Shown: positions 14,503 through 27,070 of the stretch, piece after piece
Position numbering within the stretch: the stretch's first letter is position 1
Layout of the letters: every line of letters starts with the position of its first letter
Source: Moniliella sp. 'wahieum'
Lineage: Eukaryota
Direction: 5' to 3'
Assembly (NCBI GenBank): GCA_003971905.1
Contig: RSEE01000072.1
Location: forward strand, 248,001-312,000
DNA: 64,000 nucleotides
Notes under the pieces: generated by a model
The model's database searches: none
The model's input: only the letters and a program-made list of their open reading frames with translations
Told to the model about the DNA's origin: nothing
Program-made: the position numbers and the translations under genes

Positions 14503-16341
14503 TCAAGTCGCCATTTGATTGGCGTTCTTCACGCTAAGGGAAGGTTTGGCCTTGGCCCTGGTCTTGGTCTTGGTCTGGTTCTGGTTCTTGGCCTTTGTGT
14601 CTTTACGGCGGCAGCCGTGCCTTGGGCTGAGCGCGCGAGGGTTTGTTGGCAGGACGAGTGGAACGAGAGAGCCGAGCACGTTTGGGCGGCGAGGGTCCAT
14701 CGGCAGTATCAGTGGCCGACGTACCCGTCGGGATGGGGGGACGGATACCAGGAGGGAAAAGAGGGCGCCATCCACCCAATTTCTTGGGATTCAGACTGAA
14801 CACGCCCCAGGGAGAATCTTCGGCTCCCGGGGGGGCAGGAGCGTAGACAAGGACCCCCGCGGCTGACGAGGTTGAACCGGTGCGCCTCAAATGCGTGGCG
14901 GTGGAATGGACCAAGCCGCAGAGCGCGCCTTGCATAGGCGCGGTAGGATGCAGGGCCGCGGCCTCGCGACGAGGGTAGGGTCGCACCTTGTCCTCCGGTA
15001 AGGCTGATTGGACCGCTTCAAACGACCGCGACAGACTCGATTCGGTAGTTGGCATCGGAAGTGGATACATGGGGCTGGAGGGGGAGGGCGCGGTCTCAAC
15101 CGAAGGTGAAGGCAGCGAGTACTTCCTACCGAGCTGCGCGGAGAAAGGCTGGTCAGTCAGATGAACCCGGTCCAGGACAGGGGTCAGTCCATTGGACCGA
15201 GTGACGGGACTGACAGGCTGGGCATAGGCAACCCCATCCCACGGTGGGGGGAGTATTTAGATCGGAAGGCGCCGTGGTAACGGGCACATTTGGGAAACGG
15301 TCCTCACCCGTAGGAGAGGCGTCACGCTTCCCCATTCGCGTTTCAGCGGGGGGCAGACCACTGAGGGGGAGAGTGATCAAAGGAAATGCCGAGTCCCGTT
15401 AGGCCAGCGATACGTGGGTACGGTGAGGCGGATTCGCCAGAGTCCATTTTGCCACCCACAGTGTAATGGGCGGTGAGGCAAAAGAGTAAGAGAAGAAGGA
15501 TACATCTGAGGCTGAATCGGTTCGTCGGGTTGGTCATCGAAAGGATAAACATCCCGGACACTTTCAAAGCGTCCTTGATTCGACACACCAATCTTGGGGG
15601 CTGCCAGCTGAGCTGGCGAAGGGTACGAATGGGCCCGACGCTGGTAGTCTCTTTGTACTGCACTTGATCCAGCCAAGTCGGACGAAGGGGGGCGTCCTCG
15701 CAGCATGCTACTCGAGCGGCCAACATGAGGTACATAGGGGGCGTGAACGAGGCTGGTGTTGATCCTGCGCGTTTTGGTGCTCTCGTTCAACAAGGCACCG
15801 AGACCAGGAAGCGGGTAGGCGTGGTGTCGCTGCGGGGCAAGTCGGTCTGGGGCGGACGGAGAGAGAAGCGGAGTGGGGGCGAGCCGGGGGCGGAGAAGGG
15901 TGAGAGAGGGAGAGGGATGAGCAGCGAGGCGGAATGAGCTAGGGGAGCGGGCGCGAGGAACGCTGGGGGAGCGCGAGCGGGAGGCAGCCGCAGTGCCGGC
16001 ACTGGCGCAGATCCTGCCGAGGCGGAGAGGTGCATCTCGGGTGCAAAAGAAGGTGAAGTAAGCATACGGCCCAGGTCCAGGCCAGGCGAGAGGCCCGCGC
16101 CAGACGGCCGAAGGAGATCCGGCGCGGCCGAGAGCTGGGAGGCGTCAAAGGAAGGTGAGCGTGTTTGCCATGGACTGGTCGGACGGGGGTGCGCAGGGAC
16201 GCGGATGGCGGCAAGGAGGCCGGGGCGGGTGCGAGCAGGTCGTCGAGGTCTGCGGGGGCGGGAGGCGCACGGGCGTGGCGTGGGACGCGTCGGGGTGGGG
16301 GCGGAGGGCGGGGATTGGATGCGGGGGGGCGAGGCCGGCAT
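14503..16341 (-). CDS. Hypothetical P/S-rich protein, fragmented by indels and introns
   Basis: Chain of overlapping minus-strand ORFs (C-terminal part of 15787..17100, 15343..15735, 14603..15070) with an ATG at 16341; no domain recognised. Confidence 0.4.
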
Positions 16342-17116
16342 GGGCGGTGGTGGAGAGGCGGGGCGGAGATAAAGAACGTGGGGGCGCAGGGAGAGAGGGG
16401 CTGGGGAGGGGGGGTGGGGTGGAGGGGGGGCGTGGACGGAGGTGGGGTGGTGGTCGGGTGCGCTGGCGGTGCGAAGAGACACTGAGTCCGCCGACTGAGA
16501 AGTGGCGGGTGAGCGCGACGCGTGACCCCCCAAAGAGGCAAGCGCAGCCCAGCAAGTAATAGTACTAGTAGCGCACAACCGCAAGCAAGCCAAGGCAGCC
16601 GCGCACACTGCTCTTGCTGCGCCGCCGTCGCTGCCACCATGGCGGTGGTGCACGGTGGTGGCGATCATGCCGCACGGCGCCAGTGTGACCAGCGCACCGC
16701 TTTGGCGCCAGCGGGATGGGCGTGCCATGTGACAGGTGACGTGTGAGTGGTGGCGCGTGATGCGACAGCGCAGGGGGCATGGCAGCAGTGTGCCGTCTTG
16801 TGGAGCTGCCGGCGCAGGCGGCGCGCCGGCCCACGCCCACGGTCCCGCACTGCGCCCGTATGCACCCTGGCCTCGCTGGTACGAGCAGGGCAGGGGGCCA
16901 CTAGCATGTGTCCTGCTGGCATGGTACTGCCCCCGTGCCCGGCCACGGGGGGTGGCCTCCAGTGGTGGTTGATTCGGATTCCATGCTGTGGGGGGTCCAC
17001 TATCCTCTGAGAGCACCACACAGTCGATGCCCATCAAAACAAAGGATGCGGATATGCAGACAGGATAAATATCGAGCGAGTGGTGCTCAAAAGGCACCAC
17101 GGTATAATCCCTCCTT

Positions 17117-19556
17117 TCAGTCTCCCACGCTTCGCTGGATGCAGCACGACGCGTTGGCTTCCTTTTCCCCCCGCCTCATCAATATCTCCTGCCGCCTTGG
17201 CCTGGTACGACAAGCTGAATTCGTACTCAATGCCTTTTCATGGCCCGTGCGCCACGCCAACCGGCGGTTGATGCTCCGCTCCAGCATGTCGGCCGGCCAA
17301 GGGTATAGCACGTGTAGATCGGGTGTGGGACTATCACACCCTTGAGTGGCCGGGGGGGAATGAAAGTATTGAACCAAACGGGCACCGGTTCCGCTGTGCG
17401 TGCCCAGGCCGTGCCATGAACGCGTCTTCCTCCTGCTCTTCTTTTCTGAGCCCCCGGATAGAACAAAAGGAGGCCAGCGAAAAGAGTGAGAGGTGAGAAT
17501 GCAGGACCACCGTAGTGGGCCACGCTCGCAATGAACGCTCTTTTTTGCCTCGTTCTCGATCGTGTTCATGGCGCGCAGCAGCTTATGAGACAAGCGCACA
17601 TTGGCCCCACCGAGCCGCGTCGCGGGGTCCGTGTACCCAGCGGGTACCCAACACATCCGAATCCCATTGCCATACGCTCCATAACAGGTCAAAAATGGGC
17701 ATAGTAGGGAGATCAGATCGGCTTGCTTGTTGCGTCCGCTGTGGTGCTCAGATCCATTTCGCTCGGCGGGGGTCGGATCAACGGAACGACGGACCGCATT
17801 CAACAAGGGACGCCACCACCGGCTCTCGGAATCGGATGAGTTGGCCACCACCCCTGCTTGGCCCGGTACAGCCCCAAATCCAACGATTGATCAGGCGCAT
17901 ACGCTTCCATCGACGCGAGAATGCGATGGTAGTTGTCTGTCGACCGACCGTCCATCTCCATGTTCCACACATCCTTTACTGCTCTTGGTCCAACGCCCAT
18001 TTCTGTAATGGCTGGTAACAGTTGCGGTACGAGTACATCAGGTCCGACTGCATTGGCATATATGGATCCCACCCGCCCGTACCTCTGCACCGGGGTCGAA
18101 GCGTCCTGAATCCAGTGGATGCAAAGCCGTCGGGGTGTACAAAAGGTGCACATTATGGGCACGCTCCATAAATCGACCAACCCCCAAAACTCGATGGGCA
18201 CCGTCCGACGCAGAAGCTCGAACTGTGCCATCTGCCACAACCAGACGCTCGTACTGTGGGGTCAGGTAGTTCGAGCAACAAACGTGCATCCTTCCGAATG
18301 CATGACACAGCCTCATCCCCTTTTCCTTGGCCGAAAGCGGGTCATAAGCCAGGCCTCCTTCTGCAATTAAAAGGAGTGCATGCATTGGGAATGACGTCTT
18401 CGCGTTAAACCATAGAAGGAGGGAGATTGATACGATATTGGCCCACTCCATCGCCGCAGCCTGCCATCGTATACGTGCCCAACCAAACCCCTCATATACT
18501 CGCAACACGACCGCAACCCGCTCAACTGGAGACCGACGCGAGGGCATAGGCCCAGCCCCGGACCCTGCACTCTCAACGTGATTAAGATAGGACACCAGAG
18601 TCGGCGAAGGTACGCGAGCTTTGACAAACTCTTCGCATTCGGTCAGTACCTTGGCCCAGTCGGGATACGGGAAGGGGCCACACTGTTCGTCCCGCCGGTT
18701 TTGCCGATACAAACGCTGAATCAAGATTTGTTCTCAGACCGCCTCCTCCATCTCCTGTTGTGGCGGGCGACGGAGATCGTGCACAGGACCGTGCCCATAC
18801 TTGTGTTTCAACTGTGCAGCGGATCTAGCACCATCGCCTGCACGAGGGTAGCGGTACTGGATGTCGACCTGTTGATCGGTAAATGCGGCATAACGCACCT
18901 CATACGTGATGTACTGGCCCTCCAACCCCAAAGCAGAATACTTGTCAATCGCAACAGGTAGGTGGGAGGAAGGGTGGCCCAACCTGCCAAGGGGGTCGGG
19001 GGAAAAGGCGTGCCTGACGGTCCGGGACATGACGCGAGCCAGTCAGGCAGGTGATGCTCTGAATTGCTCCCACCCTCTCCACTGCTCGTGCCAGTGGGAA
19101 AAGAGAAGCTGGCATCTGCTACCAAAGTCGAGGTAGGATCAATGCACGTCCACATAAGCTGACGATACCATGTAAAAAGCTTCCCCTTATAGCCCAGCAC
19201 GCACAACCATCTGCCCAACACACCCAGCAGTAGCAAGGGCAGGAAACAGCCAAGTAAGCGAACGTGTCGCGTGGCTACATGTTGCTGAACGGTATTAATT
19301 ATGGCGCTCCACGTCCCACCTGGTTCAGCAGTCGGTGTCCCAGGAAGCGCTGGCCACCACCGAGAGGGCAGTAGGGACGCAGGTGAGCGCGTCAGTGGGC
19401 AGGTATGAAAATGGGGGAGGGGAGGATATCAAAGGAACGAGGACCTCCCCTCTCCTCTTCTTCCCCAATCCCGTATATTTTGTCCCACCTCTTCGGAGTG
19501 CGGGGTTGTAAACCGGGAGATGGGGGGTCGGTAGTCATTGGATCCTCCAAGTCCAT
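17117..19556 (-). CDS. Hypothetical protein of roughly 700-800 aa, fragmented by indels
   Basis: Near-contiguous minus-strand ORFs 19392..19556, 18734..19030, 18038..18724, 17800..18240, 17117..17851 with globular-looking composition; no family recognised. Confidence 0.45.
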
Positions 19557-19958
19557 GTCACTGTGGCCGCTGTCGAACGTTGAAGAACACGGATCGGAGT
19601 GTGGGGTTGGATGACGGAGGCCGGGAGCTGCTGATGCTGGGAGACGGTTGGCTGGGCAGTTCGCGGTGGAGCGGATGGGGGACGGGGCGGGGGCGGAGGG
19701 ATGGCTGATCGTCTGCGGACGTGGAGACGGAAAGAAGGTGGGCACGACAGACCGGGCGGGAGGTGCAATCGATATCCATATCCAACGCGGGAGCGAGTGT
19801 GGGAGCAGCCTAAGAGAGCCGCTCCAAAAATATACGCGTGCCGAACGTACGCAACCGTCAGCGTCACGCGTCAACTGGCCCACCCATTTACCCCCGAGCA
19901 GCCACGACTCCCGCTCGCCGGAACAGCACACTCTCTACTCTCGAGTCTCTGCGTCACT

Positions 19959-20065
19959 CTAGTCGCTAGTCGCTAGTCACTAGTCACTAGTCACTAGTCA
20001 CTAGTTACTGGCACTTGTTACACGATGCACGATGGATGACACGTGCGCGTGACATGTGACATGCC
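19959..20065. repeat. Heptamer tract (CTAGTCR)7 followed by ACATGT-G-ACATG
   Basis: ctagtcgctagtcgctagtcactagtcactagtcactagtcactagt 19959-20005; gtgacatgtgacatg near 20049-20063. Confidence 0.9.
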
Positions 20066-20959
20066 AGGCTGTTCGCATGTTCCACTCGTCACGCGTCACA
20101 GTCATGCACCATGCGTCGGCGCGTCTGCGTTCAACACGTTCAACGCGCCAACGTTGAACCACACACTATGCTGTAGACGAGTAGGTGACAGCGGCGCATG
20201 ATTACAGTACCTCAACATGTGTGCTGCAACAGGCTGCGGCGTCTCCTCACAATTCAAACCAATGGAAACCCCTCTTGACTATAGTGATTGCACGCACGTT
20301 GGTCCGCGCATATCAGTCGTCGCGCATATAGCGTCGCGCATATAGCTTCCCAACAGAATCTTCTGCGCAAACAATATGGGAGAACGCCAATAAGCGGAAG
20401 TTGAACGACTGCGGTTCGGATCCGAGTTCGCCCTGGACAGCGCAAACCACCAGCCCCATCACTAGTCCTCACATCCATGCGACAATAGTCGCCTCTTGTC
20501 CAATGAGTCGGTAGCCACCGCGTGTGGCCTCCCACTTCAGAGTATCCTCTTCCTTGCGACGATAGCTGCCCCATTCACGTCTACCACATTCCGTTCTAGG
20601 TTGCCCGTGCGGCAACTGCCCCCGCTGTTCTCCCCTGTCCCCCTTTCTTCCTCTATCGAGTTTTCTTCTTAGTTCCTGTCTGTAAGCAAAAGTTCGCAGG
20701 TTTCCCCCACATAGACAAAGGGGAAACATGGTCTAGAACAATTCAGAAGGTCCAGCCAACCTGTTGGTGACTGTATGTGACCACGTGGGTCTGATCCCGG
20801 CACTGTTATTGTTCCGTTGCATTTCTCTCTTCTTCTCCCGAATGGATACGAATCTCTTTTGCGCTCTCGCGGTCCTGTTCACACCGCCGTTTTCTCTCGA
20901 CAGTACGGCATGCTCATTGGAGGCCGAGGCGTTAAACATGCAGTATTGGAGAAAGCATA

Positions 20960-21042
20960 GGACGGCTGGCGCAATGGTAGCGCGTCTGACTACGATTTAT
21001 TGTGTAATCAGGAGGTTGCAGGTTCGACCCCTGCGTCGTTCG
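20960..21042 (+). tRNA. tRNA-Arg(ACG) with 11-nt intron 20996-21006
   Basis: Acceptor stem GGACGGC/GTCGTTC, A-box TGGCGCAATGG, anticodon arm TCTGA-CT-ACG-A[intron]A-TCAGG, T arm GCAGG-TTCGACC-CCTGC, T5 terminator at 21062. Confidence 0.93.
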
Positions 21043-21633
21043 ACCCGACAGGGCGTCCTTCTTTTTGAACGAGTAACGATTGTATTTCTCGAGTTCTCCG
21101 GCTTATATGTAAGTCCGGCATACGTTAGATGGCGAAGAAACACTCTGTCATAGGTTGGCTGATCTCACTCACCCCATTTCTAGTTTCTTCGTCTCGAGCG
21201 TCTCGCTCCTTCCCAGTTTCTCCCACTCCGCGCCATATCCTCTGCTCTCGCTTCTTCCCCCGAGCGAATGCTACACCCCTTGGTCTAGTCCCGATTCTGG
21301 TCTCCCTCTCGCCTTAGCCCCGACTGTGACACACTCTGCCTTCGGGGTTCACATTATACTCTCTTCACTTGCGTTGTTATGTTCCCTTCTGTTCCATGTT
21401 GGCTAGGGTGATGCTAATATGGTGCTCACAGCAGGGTGAGCGGAAGTAGGATTCCGTAAAAGGTGCTTAAGAGTGCCTTGAGGGGGCTGGTGCATAGGCC
21501 GAAGCACAGGAGACGAGGAACAAAAAAATCTAATGTCCAAAAACGGGTGCATGCACACCGTGGCAGCGAGGTGGGAGGGGGAACAAAAAGACAAAGGAAA
21601 ACGTCAGGACGCAGGGAGGAGATTATCCATCGA

Positions 21634-23212
21634 TTAGAGCAGGGTCGCCGTCGTCGCGAGGGAGACGAGCGCCAGGACGGGAAGGAAAATAGTAGTAGCA
21701 AGAGAGGCGACGCCACTGTGTTGAGCCGAGCTACCCTGGCCAGCTGCAGAGCTGCCCGAGGAGGGGGAGGCCGAGTGCGTGTGCGAGTGCGAGCCTGAAG
21801 CCGAGGCCGAGCTCGAGCTCGAGCCGGGGCTGGATCCGGTAGGTACAGGGATGGTGTTGTTCAAGCCGTCGGAGAAGAGGCGGACAAGGGAAGGGATGGC
21901 AGCAAGCATGCGCTCATCTTGGTGACTCGTGTTAGGCATAAAGTCCCAGTCCACGCTGGGTTCGCAGCTTGCGGGAGACCACCCAAGGCCTTCTGCAAGT
22001 TCTGCGCACGCTGCAAGTGGGTACTGCCCTCGGTTTGAGCCGAGCAGGAGGTATCACCGGGGCCATTGTCGAGCAGGCCCGCGTTGTAATGGATGGTACG
22101 GTTAAGGTAGGTGGTGAGGGTAGCATTGTGGTCAAAAGTCTTGTTGGCATAGGCCGGGACTCCCGCAGATAGACCGTAGGGCCAGTTGTCGAAGCTTGAC
22201 GAGCAGGTGGCTGCGGCCGGAACAGGGTGGGAGGAGGAAGGCCAAACATAAGCACCGCAGTTGCCGGTCCAGTACGACAAATAGGGGTCCTCCGACGCGT
22301 TGTTCTTGCGCAGCATGGCATACCGTTGAGTAAACGACCCACCCAGCGAGTGACCCGCCACGATCACGCTGCCCAGCTGAGGGTAGGTGGTCTTGTCAAA
22401 GAAGAGCTGATCAGGTCGTCCATCGCCTTGAACGAGCTGACGGTCGTCGTGCCAGGTCCAAGCACGTACGCCCTCGGACCACGCCCCGCCCGAGGGGAAG
22501 TAGAGATCGTTCGCCAGCGCTGCACCGGCAGTTTTGTCGTCCGCATTCAACCATGCCGGCCCCACCACCAACACGTCTTGCAGTGACACACCCATTGACG
22601 AGTTGCTTGCCGCACACACCAGTGCGTTGCGGACCAAGTTGGTGTATTTCCAGCTGTCCCGCGGCTGGCCAGGCTGAATGACAATCTATGCACACAGGCG
22701 ATACCAGAGTTGGTTAGCAAGCTGGACGCAATGCCACAGTATGGAAAAGAGAAGAGGGGAAGAGAAGAGAGAGCGGACATACCACGCGCTTACCTTGGTG
22801 TAGTCCTTGCGCTCGGCATAGTAGGGCAGGACAGCGTTGGTACCCGGTCAACGACCACATCGCGCTTAAGGTCAAAGTTGACCAAGTTGGGCAACGAGGT
22901 CCAGCCGGACTGGAATGAGCCACCGACATTGGCGTCGCCAATAAAGATCGTCGGGCACCAGCTCACCTGGGAGTTGTCGTCGGCGCCATCCTGGCTGGGG
23001 TTGACCACCACATATTGGCCCGAGGCGTCGGTGGACCAGGTGCCGGGGGCAACGGAGCCGTTGGTGTAGCCCGTGGCGAGGTAGGACTGGACGTCGAGGA
23101 TGTTGTCGGTATTGTTGGTGGCGCCTGCGGCGGGGGCCTGGCGCGGAAGCGCTGCGGCCTCAGCGCCAGGGCGGCCAGGAGAAGGAGGGACAGTCTGGGC
23201 CAGCATGGTCAT
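21634..23212 (-). CDS. Putative secreted, GPI-anchored alpha/beta-hydrolase-like protein; intron 22686-22793
   Basis: Nucleophile elbow VIVAGHSLGGSFTQRY; WPYGL motif; S-rich linker and hydrophobic C-terminus SGVASLATTIFLPVLALVSLATTATLL; signal-like LLLLAALAL in an alternative frame near 23160-23190. Confidence 0.7.
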
Positions 23213-24970
23213 ACGGCGGCCGGAGGCTGCAGGGCAGAGGGGGCGGAAGCAACGAGAGTGGGGGTGGTGGTAGAGAAGGGGGGGGCGCAAGGCCGGAAGG
23301 GCAGCTGCCAAGGGCGACTGCTTTTGAGCGTGGGAGCGCGCGAGCGGGGACGATGCGCAGGCTGCTGGGATGCGTGGACGGGCGGAGGCATCTGGGCGTT
23401 CTGGCCTCTGGGCAGGTGCCGGGCTGGGCCGGGCGAGCTGCAGGCTGGGGGCGCGTGGCAGGGGGGCAGTGTGTGTGCCTGCTGAGGCGTTGATCTACCG
23501 GCTGCATCTGCGTCGTGCTGGCCAAGGCTGGCGCCATGCCCCCCCGGGTGGCGCCCCATGCCAGCCACCGGCCAGCGTGCGCCAGCGTGCGTCATGCGCC
23601 TGCCCTCCCCTCGCGCCTGCGCAGTTGGCTGCCGGCCTGCCGTCTGCGGCGAGCCAGCGAAGCCCGAGCAGGCGAAGGTAGCGAGCAGCTCTTGCGCACC
23701 ACTGCCCCCCTGCCCTGCTCTGGCTGCAGTCGCGCTCGGTCACCGGTGGCCACCCGCATGCAAGTGACCAGTGGCTAGTGACGAACTAGTGGCTTCTGAT
23801 GCAAGTGACGCGTGACAGACACGTGACAGCCTCCTGCAATGCAGTCCCATCCGGTGTGAGTGATATACGCTACATCACATGTGACGTGTGACGACGGGGC
23901 CATTGAAGTCGGGGGGTGGCTGGTGGCTGGCGCTGCAGCGAGTAGCCACGTAGTCTGGCTGCCGTTGCTGCGCTGCGCTGCCACCCACTGGAGAGACCCG
24001 AGTTGTGTGCCTAGGTGTGCTTGTGGTAGATGTTTCCTCTGCCGACCCCAACCCTCCTCCCCTCAACGTCTCAACACCAACACGCAGAAAAGACTCTAAA
24101 AATCCGTGTTGCAGCACTTCCCTTTGCAACCGCACCCGGGGCTCGCCTCACCTGTTCCCTAATGCCTCCCTCAACGGCGTCCTCGTTGGTTCAGCGCTCC
24201 GATGAGGTGTTTGCCCCCGACCATATGTTCGTCCCAAAGTCTGGTACAAGGATGAACCTTCTCCTCATTGCGGGGGCTGGATATACGACATTAAAGTGCG
24301 CCGTCTCCGTTGACCAGCGACCCAACAGGGAGCGCTCAAAACCGCGCAACTCCCTAATGTAAGGGCAACCCATTTCCTGGTGCCGGTCGACCTCTGGCGC
24401 CTCCATAGTCCCACCAGTGAGGAGGAGATGGTTGTTTACCTTGGCCGCGTCTTCCAGTGACGCATGACGAGCACCTCGACTTCGCTCTAAAAGAGAATGC
24501 CTCCGGGAACGGTCTATGACTGCCATCAGAAGTGCAACCGCAGCTACACCCATTGTGAACAACAGTCCCTATCCATACTGTGGCTGCTGGGCCAGCTACT
24601 CATGGCAAGTATGACACCCGAGGGTTCAACCTGTCCAAGAGAGCAATGCGATACTGATGGAATCCTAGGGCAAGAATTCATCTGACGAAAAGAGGAAAGT
24701 ATACAGTGGAGGAGAAGGCACTTGGACAGAAAAGGAGGTAGGGAGGGTCATGCGTCGTGCGGTGGCCGGGGCCGGCGCGCCTTTTGGGGAAGGCAGAACA
24801 TGCCTTCCACGTGAGTCACGCCAAGGACGCGCATCAAAGGAAACGGAAAAGACAGCCGCTCTTCAAAGAAGAGGTCCTGAGCGAACACGGCCTGACCGCT
24901 GGGCCTCAACAGATGTTCCCTGTCTCTGGGTGTAGGGCGATGGAGGCGGATGCACTGAGGTGAGACCAAC

Positions 24971-25418
24971 TTAGAGGTCATCCAGGTCCTCATCATCATC
25001 TTCCTCCTCATCCTCATCGGATACTTCGCCGAACTCAATGTCAGAGCCACCGCCCACCTCCTCGCCCTCGTTCTCGTTGATCTTGGCCGTCTCGGGAAGC
25101 TGACCGTACTTCTTCAGTTCCCGCGCCTCGTCTGGGGTGTACTTCTGTAGCACGTCGCACTTCGAATCTTGGAAGTCGCGGAGCGAGACAAGGAGAATGT
25201 CCTGGAGCACAATGAACACGCGTCGACGCAGCTTGCCACGAATCAGCGCCAACCGCTTCTCGCCGTCAAAGCATTGCACTTCGAGGCGGCCGTTGCCCAA
25301 AATTTGTTTACCTGAGCGTACTCTTGGCCCTCTTCTTTGAAAACAAGTTCACGCTTCATGTTGCTTGGCCTTTCCCGCGGCGGCGGTTCTTGCCACCTTT
25401 TCCTTTTGCTTTGGGCAT
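24971..25418 (-). CDS. TIF11: Translation initiation factor eIF1A (divergent); indels near 25300-25370
   Basis: [63 protein letters not shown], acidic tail. Confidence 0.93.
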
Positions 25419-25689
25419 GGTGCTGGTGGTTGGTGGAGGAGAGCGGGGGCGGAAATGCGCCGATGACGCGGACGACGATGGACGGAAATTTTTTCAAGCG
25501 GAAGCGCTGGACCAGGAGGTCGGGCGGAATTGTAGTCTCCAAATAGAGCGGATTGGTGGGCTGCCCACGTCATCAAGCTATCACCGGTCAGTGGTCACAC
25601 AAACTTACAAAGGAGGACATGACACCGGCAAAATTCCGCTCTATACACGCGTACACCTCCATCTGACTCATCCGTTCGTTAGCATGCTT

Positions 25690-27070
25690 CCTCAGCGCCT
25701 CAGCGTCCCTTGAGCTTCAAGCTCGGCCTGACCGGCTGATCTTGAAGTTAAGCTTGAAGTCAAGCTTGCCCTCAGGGCCTTAGGTCCTAGGTCCTAGGCC
25801 TCAACCAGTCAGCGAGCTAAGGTTGAAGCTTGAAGCTGAAGCTGCAAGCTCTTCAAGGTTCCGCTGAACGTTCAAGTTCCAAATTTCAAACTTCAACCTA
25901 GCTTTAAGAGCTAGCTCCAAGCTCAAGCTTCCAGCTTCCAGTGACAAGTGGGGGAGTGGCAGTGATTGTGTGGCTCTGTGTGGCACCTGAAAGCGTGAGT
26001 AGGGCAGAGTGAGCGTGTGCGGCTGGGCCTCACGCTGAACTACGGAAGGCTAGAACCGGGGGAGTCATTAATCATTGGGCCAGGCGCCTGTCTCATACTT
26101 GCCTCCCTGCGGCAGGCGAGTGTTGGATGTGTTGAACTCGCGCACAGATCGAAAAAAGAAAGCAGTCCCCCAAAGTGACGCGTGACCGGCGTGACCCGTG
26201 CAGCTTAAGCTGGGCGCTGGCTCGAGTTGCTGGTTACCCTTAGGCCTTTTATTCCTGCCGTCCTTGTATGGCAGGGACACAGGCCACGGGGCTGGGCGAT
26301 GGAGGACATCCAGGCTCATGGGGAGCTAGTTGCCGCCCGACTGGGAATATCCCCAGCCGGCCTGGGCCTGGATCTGGGCCTGCGCGAGCGCTGAGTACTG
26401 ATTAATTATTGAGGAACTCCGGCGCCTGAGGGTCTGGGCCATTTTACTCGAATGAAATTCTGAAGTCGAACTCCCAAACTCTTGCATCGGCCATTGTGCA
26501 TTGCTCGATTGCCCCCGGTCTGACCGTGAACACGGAGTCAAGCTTCAAGCTTCAATCAAGCTTCAAGTCAAGTGAAGCGTCTCCTCAACAGTTGTCAGGT
26601 AATCGCGTGACGCGTGACGCGTGACGCCCCTATTGTCACATGTCAGTGCTCCACCTGCATGAGCAGTTTTCCTCCCGGGCCCAAATGAAACGTTTTGTCG
26701 CCCTCTAGCAGCTAGTGGCGCCCGAGTCGAGTCCTAGTCAAGCTTCAAGCTTCAAGCTTCAAGCAAGTACCCAATGAGGCCTCAGCGCCAGCGTAAGGCT
26801 CAGGGACGCGATGTGCATGTGATGTGTCGGCCATCACATATCACCACAGTATGGTGTTGAAGATTGCGAAAGATCGGAGAGATCGGTGCGTGGAGACCAA
26901 AGAGAGCTTGAAGCTTCAATTCCACTTGAAGCTTGAAGCTAGCTTGAAGCTTGACTAGTGACTGTCGCTTGTCTTGGTGACTTTTAAGCTTCAAAGCTAG
27001 TCGTTTCGCCTCAGATTCAGATTCCACCGACTGACTGAACTTTAGCTGAGCGCGCTGATCGAGCTGATCA
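25690..27070. repeat. Intergenic island dense in (AAGCTT-C/G)n, (ACGCGT-G)n and CCTAGG-T heptamer tracts
   Basis: ttgaagcttgaagct near 25823; tcaagcttcaagcttcaa 26538; cgcgtgacgcgtgacgcgtgacgc 26604-26627; tcaagcttcaagcttcaagcttcaagc 26738; cttgaagcttgaagctagcttgaagcttgactag 26925-26958. Confidence 0.88.

Noticed and set aside
19959..20005. Short repeats as a CRISPR array
   Set aside because: No unique spacers, 7-bp period, eukaryotic context and no cas genes
24191..24562. 123-aa minus-strand ORF with a hydrophobic start
   Set aside because: No recognisable motif or splice support; length is within chance expectation
25690..27070. Clusters of HindIII, SpeI, ClaI, MluI, StuI and AgeI-like sites as vector polylinker contamination
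   Set aside because: The tracts are degenerate, tandem, dispersed over many native intergenic regions and not flanked by vector sequence
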